From positions 887 to 64,886 of the forward strand of contig CAYHDI010000003.1 in the NCBI GenBank assembly GCA_964355645.1: a stretch of 64,000 bases of DNA. The letters are read 5' to 3'. Positions 9,567 through 18,550 of the stretch are shown here, piece by piece; the stretch's first letter is position 1; every line of letters starts with the position of its first letter. The translations under genes and the position numbers were made by a program. The DNA is from an uncultured Candidatus Saccharibacteria bacterium (GTDB taxonomy: Bacteria > Patescibacteriota > Minisyncoccia > Phycocordibacterales > Zambryskibacteraceae). Below the pieces are notes generated by a model. The model made no database searches and was not told the origin of the DNA. It was given only the letters and a program-made list of their open reading frames with translations.

Positions 9567-11254
9567 ATCTGAAAGAAGAAATACAGAAATTTTTTAAGGG
9601 GGAAGTGTTGGATGATGAAGAAACATTGAAGACTTATAGTCATGATGCGTCGCTTTTTGAAGTCAGACCCAAGCTCGTGGTGTATCCACAAGATTCAGAA
9701 GATTTAAAAAAATTAGTGAAATGGGTAAACGATAATACTACGATATATCGTAGTAACAATGAACCACTTTCTATTACTATTCGGGCGGCAGGTTCGTGCA
9801 TGGCTGGTGGGCCACTCGGTGAATCAATTATTGTAGATGTGATGAGGCACATGAATCGTATGGGCGAGGTAACCACCGCCTCTGGCGGGGTCCCGCCTTC
9901 GGCGGTGATCGAACCCGGGGTGTTTTATAGAGATTTTGAACCGAAAACTCTCGAAAAAAGCCTTATTTTGCCCTGTTTTACGGCTTCCAAGAATATGAAC
10001 GCCTTGGGTGGAATGATTGGTAATAATTGTGCAGGAGAAAAAACGCTTCGTTACGGCAAGATGGAGAACTTTATTTTAGAATCAAAAGTGATTTTTTCTG
10101 ATGGGAATGAATACATAGTGAAACCACTGCTTAAACCAGAACTTGATTTTAAAATGAAGCAAAGTGATTTCGAAGGGAATTTATACAAAAATTTATTCGA
10201 GTTAATAGAGAATAATAAAAGAATAATAAAGGAAGCCAAGCCAAATGTTTCCAAAAACTCTGCTGGATATTATTTGTGGAATATTTGGGATGGCAAGACT
10301 TTCGACTTGAACAAACTTATTGTTGGTTCACAAGGTACACTCGGTTTAGTCACAGAAGCAAAGGTGAAGCTTGTGTCTGTGGAACCGGTTTCGAAGTTGT
10401 TTGTAATTTTTCTTCCCGACCTAACTCATATTGCAAAATTAGTGAATGAAATCCTTCCAATGAATCCTGATTCATTGGAAACTTATGATGATGCGACCAT
10501 GAAACTCGCCTTCAGGTTTTTCCCCGAAATGCTGAAATCGATGAAAGCTAAAAGTTTTTTCAAACTTATACTTTCATTTATCCCAGAAGCATTGATGATA
10601 ATTAAACAATTCGGAATTCCGAAAATGTTTGTGCTCGTGGAGTTTGCTGGTCAAACCGAAGCCGAAGTAGATGAGAAATTAGTTAATCTCGAGAACAAGA
10701 TTAAACATTTCGGCTTCGTGATGAGACGAACAAAATCTGAAGAAGAATCGAAGAAGTATTGGACGATTCGTCGAGAGAGTTTTAATCTCTTGCGCAAACA
10801 TGTTCGGGGCAAACGCACAGCCCCCTTTGTGGACGATGTCGTGGTTAGACCGGAATTCATGTCCGAGTTCTTGCCCAAGATGAAAAAAATCTTAGATGAA
10901 TACAAATTGGTTTATACCATCGCGGGTCATGCAGGCAATGGAAATTTTCATATTATTCCTCTTATGGATATGCACGACAAGAGAAATATTAAAGTCATTA
11001 AAGAAGTGGGAAAGAAAATTTATGATTTGGTAAAAGAGTATAAAGGTTCAATCACGGGTGAACACAATGATGGAATAGTTCGTACGCCGTATCTCGGCAA
11101 AATGTATTCTCAGGAAATTCTTGAACTTTTCAAAAAAACCAAAGAAATCTTCGACCCTCAAAATATCTTCAACCCAGGCAAGAAAGTTCCTTCGACAGGC
11201 TCAGGACAAGAGGGAACTATAGAATACCTTGAAAATCACATTGCTATCGAGTAG
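9563..11254 (+). CDS. FAD-linked oxidase (GlcD/D-lactate dehydrogenase-like FAD-binding oxidoreductase)
   Basis: FAD_binding_4-type N-terminus (VVYPQDSEDLKKLVKWVND...RAAGSCMAGGPLG) and C-terminal FAD-oxidase domain. Confidence 0.75.
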   Translation: MNLKEEIQKFFKGEVLDDEETLKTYSHDASLFEVRPKLVVYPQDSEDLKKLVKWVNDNTTIYRSNNEPLSITIRAAGSCMAGGPLGESIIVDVMRHMNRMGEVTTASGGVPPSAVIEPGVFYRDFEPKTLEKSLILPCFTASKNMNALGGMIGNNCAGEKTLRYGKMENFILESKVIFSDGNEYIVKPLLKPELDFKMKQSDFEGNLYKNLFELIENNKRIIKEAKPNVSKNSAGYYLWNIWDGKTFDLNKLIVGSQGTLGLVTEAKVKLVSVEPVSKLFVIFLPDLTHIAKLVNEILPMNPDSLETYDDATMKLAFRFFPEMLKSMKAKSFFKLILSFIPEALMIIKQFGIPKMFVLVEFAGQTEAEVDEKLVNLENKIKHFGFVMRRTKSEEESKKYWTIRRESFNLLRKHVRGKRTAPFVDDVVVRPEFMSEFLPKMKKILDEYKLVYTIAGHAGNGNFHIIPLMDMHDKRNIKVIKEVGKKIYDLVKEYKGSITGEHNDGIVRTPYLGKMYSQEILELFKKTKEIFDPQNIFNPGKKVPSTGSGQEGTIEYLENHIAIE

Positions 11255-11263
11255 AATAGGCTA

Positions 11264-11950
11264 ATGATTACTTTAAAGGCTAAATTGCGCGACCAAAGCG
11301 TCACTCCAGATTCGATTAGACAGGCGGGGGACATCCCAGCCGTCTTTTATGGCAAAAAGGAACCCTCTACGCCTATTTCTCTAAATATAGTTGATTTCCT
11401 GAAGGTTTGGAAACAAGCCGGAGAATCGAGCGTGGTAACCCTCGAAACCCCAGATGGAGAGAAGGAAAGTCTTATCCATGATATTGATTTTGACCCAGTG
11501 AAGGGTACTCCTCGACATGCAGATTTCTATGTTTTCGAGAAGGGTCACAAAGTCGAAGTCGAAGTCCCCCTCGAATTTGACGGTGTTTCTCCGGCAGTAA
11601 AGGATCTCGGTGGTACGCTTGTCAAAGTTGTTCATGCTCTCAAAATTGAAGCCATGCCGAAAGATCTTCCCCATGATTTGAAGATTGATGTCACCGGCCT
11701 CATTGATTTCACGAGCCAAGTTTTGGCTAAAGATATTGTTTTACCAACAGGAGTTACCTTGCTTGAAAATCCTGAGGAAGTAGTGGCCCTTGTTTCTGCT
11801 CCACGAGAAGAAAAAGAAGAAGAGGTCGCTCCTGTTGACCTCTCTGCTATTGAAGTTGAAAAGAAGGGCAAGGACCCCGCCGACGCTGAAGCTGTGGCGG
11901 GCGAAGGAAACGTCCAGACAGCAGAAAAAGAAGGAAAGAAAGCAGAATAA
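11264..11950 (+). CDS. rplY: 50S ribosomal protein L25 / general stress protein Ctc form
   Basis: MITLKAKLRD...IPAVFYGKK N-terminal L25 domain plus Ctc-type C-terminal extension with acidic/lysine tail. Confidence 0.85.
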   Translation: MITLKAKLRDQSVTPDSIRQAGDIPAVFYGKKEPSTPISLNIVDFLKVWKQAGESSVVTLETPDGEKESLIHDIDFDPVKGTPRHADFYVFEKGHKVEVEVPLEFDGVSPAVKDLGGTLVKVVHALKIEAMPKDLPHDLKIDVTGLIDFTSQVLAKDIVLPTGVTLLENPEEVVALVSAPREEKEEEVAPVDLSAIEVEKKGKDPADAEAVAGEGNVQTAEKEGKKAE

Positions 11951-11953
11951 TCT

Positions 11954-13387
11954 TTGCCCAAGATTTTTCTTATGTTTACTTCACGTTCATTTAGATTTTT
12001 TATAGTTTTCCTTACACTCTTGATTGGGTTTACTTTTTACTTTTTACTTTTTACTTTTAGAGTTTATGCCGACACAGACCCGTGTGACGCGTCTATCTCT
12101 GGTCAATCTAATGCTCAACTTCAAACTGCTTTAGCTGCTTGCGAGGCTTATATTGCTAATCTTAATGCTATAAAAAAAAGCATAGATCAAGAAAGTGCTT
12201 CCTATGCTCAGGAAGTAGCTTCACTTACAGCCAAGATTAATATTGCTCAAGCAAACATTAAAGCCAAAAATATTGCCATTGCTAATCTTGGCAAAGATAT
12301 TACGGCCAAGCAAACCACTATTAATCTTTTGGATAACAAAATAGAACGAGGCCGAGCTACGCTAGCCAATCTTTTGAGAGCCACAAATCAAATTGATATC
12401 TACACTCTCCCAGAAGCAATATTAAGCAACAAGGATTTCTCGGAATTTTTTGTAGATGTAGACGCTTATTCAGCCACTAGTCATGCGCTGGAAAATGTTT
12501 TTGCCGAATTGAGGGGAAACAAAATCCAAACTCAGGCTGAAAAGGATGCCTTGGCCAAAAAACAGGAAGCCGAGGCAAACGCTAAGGCGGCCATAGAAGC
12601 AGCAAAAGCTCAAGTAACAGTAACTCAAACACAGAAGAAGACTTTACTAACAGAAAGTCAAAATAAATCAAAAAGTTACTCTCAAACTATAGCTGATCGA
12701 CAAGCGAAAGCTAATCAAATCAGAGCGGCACTCTTTCAACTTCGGGATGCGGGTCCAATTCCATTCGGTACAGCTCTTCAATATGCTCAAACCGCGAGTG
12801 CGAAAACCGGAGTGAGAGTAGCATTTATTCTTGGAATCTTTGCCACAGAGTCAGGTAAGGGAGCAGATGGAACCTTTGGGGGAAATGTTGGTCAGTGTTT
12901 ACTAACCAATTCTCCAAACAAAGGCGATGGAAAGGGAAAGAATACAGGGACCTTTTTCTCTCAAGTGATGAAAGGTAGCAGAGATGTTGATCCATTTTTA
13001 GAAATTACTCAGAAACTTGGACTCGATTCGTTTAATCAACCAGTTTCGTGTCCCCAATATGGTGGCTATGGAGGAGGAATGGGGCCGGCTCAATTTATCG
13101 CTTCAACATGGAAGGGCATGGAAGCCACGATTCTAAGAGCAACAGGAAGAGCCACAGCCAATCCTTGGGACCCGGCTGATGCGTTCATGGCTTCAGCATT
13201 ATATCTTCGAGATCTCGGAGCCAACACACAGGATTGGACAAACGAACGAACTGCCGCCTGTCGATACAACTCTGGAAAAAACTGCTATGTGGGAGGGAAA
13301 GCTGGACCTGGACTTGGCTATGGTAATACAGTGATGAAAAGAGCGGCGGCTATTCAGCTGGATATAGATTTCTTGCAAGGAACATAA
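11954..13387 (+). CDS. Membrane-anchored coiled-coil protein with C-terminal lytic transglycosylase (SLT/MltB-like) domain
   Basis: N-terminal TM helix; long Ala/Lys/Gln coiled coil; C-terminal GIFATESG...GPAQFIASTW motif resembling GPMQFMPSTW of lytic transglycosylases. Confidence 0.6.
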   Translation: MPKIFLMFTSRSFRFFIVFLTLLIGFTFYFLLFTFRVYADTDPCDASISGQSNAQLQTALAACEAYIANLNAIKKSIDQESASYAQEVASLTAKINIAQANIKAKNIAIANLGKDITAKQTTINLLDNKIERGRATLANLLRATNQIDIYTLPEAILSNKDFSEFFVDVDAYSATSHALENVFAELRGNKIQTQAEKDALAKKQEAEANAKAAIEAAKAQVTVTQTQKKTLLTESQNKSKSYSQTIADRQAKANQIRAALFQLRDAGPIPFGTALQYAQTASAKTGVRVAFILGIFATESGKGADGTFGGNVGQCLLTNSPNKGDGKGKNTGTFFSQVMKGSRDVDPFLEITQKLGLDSFNQPVSCPQYGGYGGGMGPAQFIASTWKGMEATILRATGRATANPWDPADAFMASALYLRDLGANTQDWTNERTAACRYNSGKNCYVGGKAGPGLGYGNTVMKRAAAIQLDIDFLQGT

Positions 13388-13409
13388 TTCTCTGCTATTG
13401 TAAGCTTTC

Positions 13410-13673
13410 ATGAAAAAAGAAATACACCCAAAGGAATATCGTCCAGTGCTCTTCGTAGACAGCTCGAACGGAGTAGAATTTCTCATACCTTCGACTGTGG
13501 CTACGAAAGAGACGGGCAAAAGCAAACTCAACAAGAAAGAATATCCTGTCTACAACGTAGAAATTTCTTCAAGCTCGCATCCTTTTTATACAGGACAGGA
13601 CAAAGTCCTCGACACAGCCGGTCGTGTAGAAAGATTCAAACAACGACAGGCCAAGGCGAAAGCCAAGAAGTAA
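13410..13673 (+). CDS. rpmE: 50S ribosomal protein L31 (type B, no CxxC)
   Basis: [21 protein letters not shown]...HPFYTGQ L31 signature. Confidence 0.85.
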   Translation: MKKEIHPKEYRPVLFVDSSNGVEFLIPSTVATKETGKSKLNKKEYPVYNVEISSSSHPFYTGQDKVLDTAGRVERFKQRQAKAKAKK

Positions 13674-14645
13674 GTGAATCCCGATTTATCAAAATACAAA
13701 AACAACCCAAAGACCGCATATCTCGCGGAAACTTTTTCGCGTTTACAAAAGGATGAAGATGAGCTTCGATTTATTTCATCTGAAGATTCTTCAATGAAGG
13801 CTCTAGCAGACGAGGAACTCAGGAATTTCGCTCGAGAAAAGGAAGCTCTTCTCAAACAAATGGATGAGATTTTGAAAGAAGAAGAAAAGGAAGAGGAATT
13901 CCCGAATGAAATTATTCTTGAAGTTCGGGCTGGTGCGGGTGGGGAAGAAGCCTCTCTCTTTGCAGAAGAATTGGCTCTGATGTATTCCAAGTATGCTCTA
14001 CTTCATGATTGGACAGTGGAGAAACTTTATTCATCCGACAGTTCTATGGGTGGCTATAAAGAAGCCTCTTTTGAAATTCATGGTAGAGATGTTTACAAAA
14101 AATTAAGATTTGAAACTGGTGTACATAGGGTACAGAGAGTGCCAGCCACAGAGAAAATGGGTCGAGTTCATACTTCTACTGCGACGGTCGCCATCTTGCC
14201 CCTAAGAAAGAAAACAAATATTGAGATTAAACCATCTGATATAGAGATAGAAACTTCTCGTTCCGGAGGAGCTGGAGGACAAAATGTGAACAAAGTAGAA
14301 ACGGCTGTAAGGATTATTCATAAACCTACTGGTATTGATGTTCGTTCAACTTCTCAAAGAAACCAATTAAAAAATCGGGAGATGGCCATGTCTATCCTTA
14401 TAGCCAAACTTCAAGCTAAACAAGACGAAGAAGAGGCATCTAAACATTCGGCGAACAGAAAGGGACAGATAGGCACAGCAGATAGATCAGAAAAGATACG
14501 TACTTATAATATTCTTCAGGATCGCATCACTGACCATCGTATTAAAGAATCTTGGCACAACATAGAGAAGATATTTCTTGGTTACATAGATCCGATTATT
14601 GAAGCTTTGCAAGAGGCTGAAGAGAAATCAGAAGAATTGCAATAA
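13674..14645 (+). CDS. prfA: Peptide chain release factor 1
   Basis: GGQ motif [11 protein letters not shown]; RF1-type [10 protein letters not shown]...[14 protein letters not shown]; GTG start directly after rpmE stop. Confidence 0.9.
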   Translation: MNPDLSKYKNNPKTAYLAETFSRLQKDEDELRFISSEDSSMKALADEELRNFAREKEALLKQMDEILKEEEKEEEFPNEIILEVRAGAGGEEASLFAEELALMYSKYALLHDWTVEKLYSSDSSMGGYKEASFEIHGRDVYKKLRFETGVHRVQRVPATEKMGRVHTSTATVAILPLRKKTNIEIKPSDIEIETSRSGGAGGQNVNKVETAVRIIHKPTGIDVRSTSQRNQLKNREMAMSILIAKLQAKQDEEEASKHSANRKGQIGTADRSEKIRTYNILQDRITDHRIKESWHNIEKIFLGYIDPIIEALQEAEEKSEELQ

Positions 14646-14659
14646 ACAAGGGTTTGGTG

Positions 14660-14674
14660 TATGATAATATCATA
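14660..14674. promoter_or_regulatory. Inverted-repeat operator-like site (tatgata-a-tatcata) upstream of the antitoxin-toxin pair, adjacent to a TATAAT -10
   Basis: perfect 7-bp inverted repeat 21 nt upstream of antitoxin start; TATAAT at 14681-14686. Confidence 0.4.
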
Positions 14675-14694
14675 TTAAATTATAATATAATTTC

Positions 14695-14904
14695 ATGACC
14701 ACATTATCAATTCCAGTTTCAGGAGAGCTTCAAAAATTTATAGAGAGAATGGTGAAGGAGGGCAAGGGTGCCAATAAGGCAGATGTTGTTCGTCGTGCGC
14801 TCAATGCTTATTCAGAAAACGAGGCTGTTGAAGCAGTTTTGCGTGCTCAGGCAGAGCCAAATCTAAAGGGTGACCTTCGAACTCTGATGAAGAAATTCAA
14901 ATAG
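14695..14904 (+). CDS. Ribbon-helix-helix type II antitoxin (ParD/CopG-like)
   Basis: 69 aa; pattern LSIPVSGELQKFIERMVKEGKGANKADVVRRALNAY resembles ParD/COG3609 antitoxins; 2-nt gap to toxin gene. Confidence 0.55.
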   Translation: MTTLSIPVSGELQKFIERMVKEGKGANKADVVRRALNAYSENEAVEAVLRAQAEPNLKGDLRTLMKKFK

Positions 14905-14906
14905 GC

Positions 14907-15167
14907 ATGATTAAGATATTTTTCAGACCCACATTTGTTCGTCAAGTAAATAAACTCGATGAGGATTTGATCGAAGAAGTTCACGAGAAAATAGAATTTT
15001 TCAAACATAAAAAGAATCACGAAATGCTCAAGGTTCACAAACTGCATGGGAGGTTTTCTAACTGTCTTAGTTTTTCTGTAAATTACAAGGTTAGAATTGT
15101 TTTTGAATATTGTTCAGCAAATGAAGTTGCTTTTCTTGCCATAGGAGGTCATGACGTGTACAAATAA
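14907..15167 (+). CDS. RelE/ParE-family type II toxin
   Basis: 86 aa; C-terminal HKLHGRF...SFSVNYKVRIVFEY...EVAFLAIGGHDVYK matches RelE/ParE fold signature. Confidence 0.65.
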   Translation: MIKIFFRPTFVRQVNKLDEDLIEEVHEKIEFFKHKKNHEMLKVHKLHGRFSNCLSFSVNYKVRIVFEYCSANEVAFLAIGGHDVYK

Positions 15168-15195
15168 AACCCCTTAATTCTGCTATAATTCCCCT

Positions 15196-17064
15196 ATGAA
15201 ATCCGAGAGCTTTCTCCCAGAGAAATATCCCAATATGGCTGGCACTAAACCAGTAGAGAGAGCGGTAGACAAATCCTTTAGACAAGGAGAACAAGGCCCA
15301 AGGGGTAAAGAAGACAGAATCGAAAGATATTTAAGTAGATTAGACCATATAGTCGAAGACGAAAGGGGTTGGGAATTACTTAAACACAAAATCATCAAGG
15401 AATTTTCTATTGATGCTGACGATGAAGAAACACTCACCAAAGTGGCTCATGGTCTATACGAATCAGAGAAGAGAATTGCTATAGAACAAGGTAGGGGGCG
15501 AGACATAGAACAATTGGGTAGTGATGAAGAAATCATCAACAAGTACAAAACCCTTGTTCATGAGAAACAAGATATCCAAGAGAAATCTCTAGCCACTTGG
15601 CTTGATTATCTAGAACAAAACGATGCCGAGTATCCCACTTGGTTTAGATATTTCGTAGTCCGTAACCTCGAGAAGATGGGTAGTATGGACAAAGAAAGAG
15701 GTGAATATACCAAACGTACTTCATACACCGTTGCTCCCTTCCCAGAACTTAACTCTGAAGCACTTGGTTTCGTGTATAGAGTCCTCACTCAAGGTATCGG
15801 CCATGAATTCGACGACGATGAATCACAAAAAGGCACTATCGAATCACTCATAAAGAAGAAAGACTTTTCTAAACTCTATACCTTCGCCCAAATAGAAACA
15901 GCTGGTCAACTCAACAAAGAATCCATCGAAGGTGAATGGGTGAAATATGACCAAGGTTCAGACCATCATATCCTTGAGCAAGCTCTGCGAGGCAAGGGCA
16001 CAGGTTGGTGTACAGCCGAAGGTTCTGCTTATGCTCATCTTCAAGGTGGAGATTTCTATGTCTATTATTCCAAAGGTCCAAATGGTGTATTCACTGAACC
16101 CAGAATCGCTATCCGTATGGACGGAGACAATCTAGGAGAAGTCCGAGGAGTAAATCAGAGACAAGAACTCGAACCCCAACTTATCAGTATTGCTGAAGAT
16201 AAATATCATTCTCTTCCGGGAGGAGAGAAATATGATAAGAAATCACAAGATATGAAAATGGTCACCAAACTCGTGAAGAAACAAGAAAAAGGTGAAAAGT
16301 TTACCAAAGACGACCTAATCTTTCTCTATGAACTCAATTCTCCTATAGAAGGTTTCGGTTACCAACGGGATCCTCGTATAGAGGAACTAAAAAGGGTGAG
16401 AAATCAAACGAGGGGAAAGCTTTCAGAAGATTTATGTATTATTTTTGAATGTACCCCAGACCAATTTGCATACAGTAAAGAAGGTTTAAACAAAAATACC
16501 AAAGTCTACATCGGAGAATGGACACCAGAAGTGCTCAAACTTATACCAGAATCATGTACCCACATCTACGAATACCAAGGGTTCCCAGACAAAAAAGTCT
16601 TTCTCAGAACTCTTGAAACTGACCCATCTATCCAATCACCCGAAGAGGCAGAGAAAGCTCTACTAAACAAGGGTTATCAGATTTCAGATTACGCTCGAGA
16701 TATTTTACAAAAAGTTGAATTCAGCCAAGAAAGCAAATCATATGAATTAGTCTCTTTTTCTGTCTCCCAACTTGGTTTTCCAAATGGTGCCACATTACAA
16801 GAGGTATATAAGAAAGCAGAAGAACTTGGTCTAGAACTCTGTCCAGCTGAGGTTGGGCCACAATTACGTTTGCAATATAAAGATCAACCAGAAGGAGAAT
16901 GGTTAAGGATTGCTATGAATCCTATTGCCGACTCGGGTGGCTTCCCGGACTTGTTCGACGTCCGTCGCGCGGGTGACGTGCTGTGGTTGCGCCGCGGCGA
17001 TGGTCGTCTCGACGACGGGTGGCGTGGCCGTCGCTTCGTTTTCCTCCGTCGCAAGTCTCTTTGA
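15196..17064 (+). CDS. Hypothetical 622-aa protein; candidate diversity-generating-retroelement target with C-terminal variable repeat
   Basis: no recognisable domain in N-terminal 570 aa; last ~45 codons are a GC-rich, Arg/Gly/Asp-rich module (…LWLRRGDGRLDDGWRGRRFVFLRRKSL) duplicated downstream with adenine-specific differences. Confidence 0.6.
   Translation: MKSESFLPEKYPNMAGTKPVERAVDKSFRQGEQGPRGKEDRIERYLSRLDHIVEDERGWELLKHKIIKEFSIDADDEETLTKVAHGLYESEKRIAIEQGRGRDIEQLGSDEEIINKYKTLVHEKQDIQEKSLATWLDYLEQNDAEYPTWFRYFVVRNLEKMGSMDKERGEYTKRTSYTVAPFPELNSEALGFVYRVLTQGIGHEFDDDESQKGTIESLIKKKDFSKLYTFAQIETAGQLNKESIEGEWVKYDQGSDHHILEQALRGKGTGWCTAEGSAYAHLQGGDFYVYYSKGPNGVFTEPRIAIRMDGDNLGEVRGVNQRQELEPQLISIAEDKYHSLPGGEKYDKKSQDMKMVTKLVKKQEKGEKFTKDDLIFLYELNSPIEGFGYQRDPRIEELKRVRNQTRGKLSEDLCIIFECTPDQFAYSKEGLNKNTKVYIGEWTPEVLKLIPESCTHIYEYQGFPDKKVFLRTLETDPSIQSPEEAEKALLNKGYQISDYARDILQKVEFSQESKSYELVSFSVSQLGFPNGATLQEVYKKAEELGLELCPAEVGPQLRLQYKDQPEGEWLRIAMNPIADSGGFPDLFDVRRAGDVLWLRRGDGRLDDGWRGRRFVFLRRKSL
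16921..17061 (+). repeat. Candidate DGR variable repeat (VR) at 3' end of the 622-aa gene
   Basis: ~140-nt repeat; differs from the downstream copy almost only at positions where that copy has A. Confidence 0.6.
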
Positions 17065-17130
17065 CCTTAGACCTTTTGCCCCTTTGGATTTTGAATTTTG
17101 CCCTTAGCCCCTTAGACACTTAGACCTTCG

Positions 17131-17165
17131 GCCACGACCTCCGTGTCGTGGCCGATTTTCTTTTT
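17131..17165 (+). terminator. GC-rich hairpin (ggccacgac-ctccgt-gtcgtggcc) plus T-run downstream of the 622-aa gene
   Basis: 9-bp perfect stem followed by attttcttttt; could also be the cruciform that DGR target sites carry 3' of the VR. Confidence 0.55.
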
Positions 17166-17440
17166 AGATTTTGCTACAATAATAGATGGTAGTAGATGAA
17201 TATGCCGGCGGTCAAGGCTTCTGGCTACCAAACCCAGTATCCATGTATCGAGAATGTCTGCGATCAAGGTTTCAGACAGAGTGGTAGCATGGGGAACTTC
17301 AGTGAAAAAATGAAGGAACTTGGTGCAGTGTGCTAAGGTATTATGATACCGAAAACAGGCGGAACCTCCGCAGACAGCTTAGAAGTTAGCCAAAATGTTT
17401 CAGGCTCTCACGCTAGGCAGTGATATGGACGGCACTTTGC

Positions 17441-17586
17441 ATATTACCGACTCGGATGGCAACCCGAACTTGTTCAACGTCAATCGCGACGATGACGAGC
17501 TGTGGTTGAACAACGACGATGGTCGTCTCGACAACAGGTGGAATGGCAACAATCGCTTCGTTTTCCTCCGTCGCAAATCTCTTCAT
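17441..17586 (+). repeat. Candidate DGR template repeat (TR); ORF-track 17395..17652 reads through it
   Basis: Asn(AAC/AAT)-rich copy of the VR; A positions correspond to variable positions in the VR; 3' ~30 nt (cgcttcgttttcctccgtcgcaa) nearly identical to VR end. Confidence 0.6.
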
Positions 17587-17589
17587 TTC

Positions 17590-17620
17590 TCCTCAATTTC
17601 GGTTGAGGAGTTTTGTTTTA
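17590..17620 (+). terminator. Hairpin ctcctcaatttcggttgaggag + TTTTGTTTT immediately after the TR copy
   Basis: 8-bp stem, T-rich tail. Confidence 0.45.
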
Positions 17621-17745
17621 TTATTATGATTATTATTTACCAATACATCTAATTCACGCTATAAGCGAGATATTAACGTATGAGGTTTGTTCGGGGTGAA
17701 GAATTGCAATAAAATGGCTATTTTGCTACAATATCCCGACAATTT

Positions 17746-18501
17746 ATGACAGATAAAGCCATAATAAATGACCCAAAAATTAATGAACTCTTCAAGGCAG
17801 GGGCTCATTTTGGCTTTGTGAAAAGTCGTCGGCATCCTTCAGCTAAGGAATTCATCTTTGGGATAAAAAACAAAATAGAAATATTTGATTTAGAGAAAGT
17901 TAAGCTTGAACTTGAGAAAGCCTTGAAATTCATAGAAGACAAAGGTTCCGTCGCCTCTCCAATTCTCTTTGTTGGTGGCAAATCAGAAGCCCGAAAATCT
18001 GTAGAAAAGGCTGGCCGAGAACTTTCTATGCCCTTTGTTTCCGGACGATGGATTGGAGGGACGCTTACTAACTTTCCAGAAATCAAGAAGCGCATAAATA
18101 AACTCGAAGAACTTTTGAGTCAGAAAGAGAAAGGAGAATTAGGAAAATATACAAAAAAAGAACGTTTGCTAATTGACCGAGATATAGCCAAGCTCACTAT
18201 ATTTTTCAGTGGACTTTCTACCATGAAAGCACTTCCTAAGGTGGTAGTTGTTGTTGACCCAAAGAAAGAACATATCGTAGTTTCAGAAGCTAAGGCCATG
18301 AAAATTCCTGTGGTGGCCCTCGCCGGAAGCGATTGTGACTTGCACGCCATCGACTTTGCCATTCCGGCGAATGATTCTTCTCAAGCCAGCATCTCATTCA
18401 TTATTTCTGAAATAATTTCTGCTTATAAAAACGGTCTAGCTCGACAGAAACCCGTCGAACCCACCACCGAATCGGCGGGCAGGGAACCGAAAACTTTATA
18501 G
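17746..18501 (+). CDS. rpsB: 30S ribosomal protein S2
   Basis: FKAGAHFGF..RRHP signature; upstream TTGCAA-N17-TACAAT promoter-like sequence at ~17704-17732. Confidence 0.9.
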   Translation: MTDKAIINDPKINELFKAGAHFGFVKSRRHPSAKEFIFGIKNKIEIFDLEKVKLELEKALKFIEDKGSVASPILFVGGKSEARKSVEKAGRELSMPFVSGRWIGGTLTNFPEIKKRINKLEELLSQKEKGELGKYTKKERLLIDRDIAKLTIFFSGLSTMKALPKVVVVVDPKKEHIVVSEAKAMKIPVVALAGSDCDLHAIDFAIPANDSSQASISFIISEIISAYKNGLARQKPVEPTTESAGREPKTL

Positions 18502-18550
18502 CTTTATTAGATTGAATTTTGTAGACTTTTTAACTTTATAAACTATTATT

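Noticed and set aside
17395-17652. 85-aa ORF called across the downstream repeat copy
   Set aside because: It is simply the reading frame carried over from the duplicated gene 3' end (the TR candidate). It has no RBS and no N-terminal homology, so I treat it as a repeat and not a gene.
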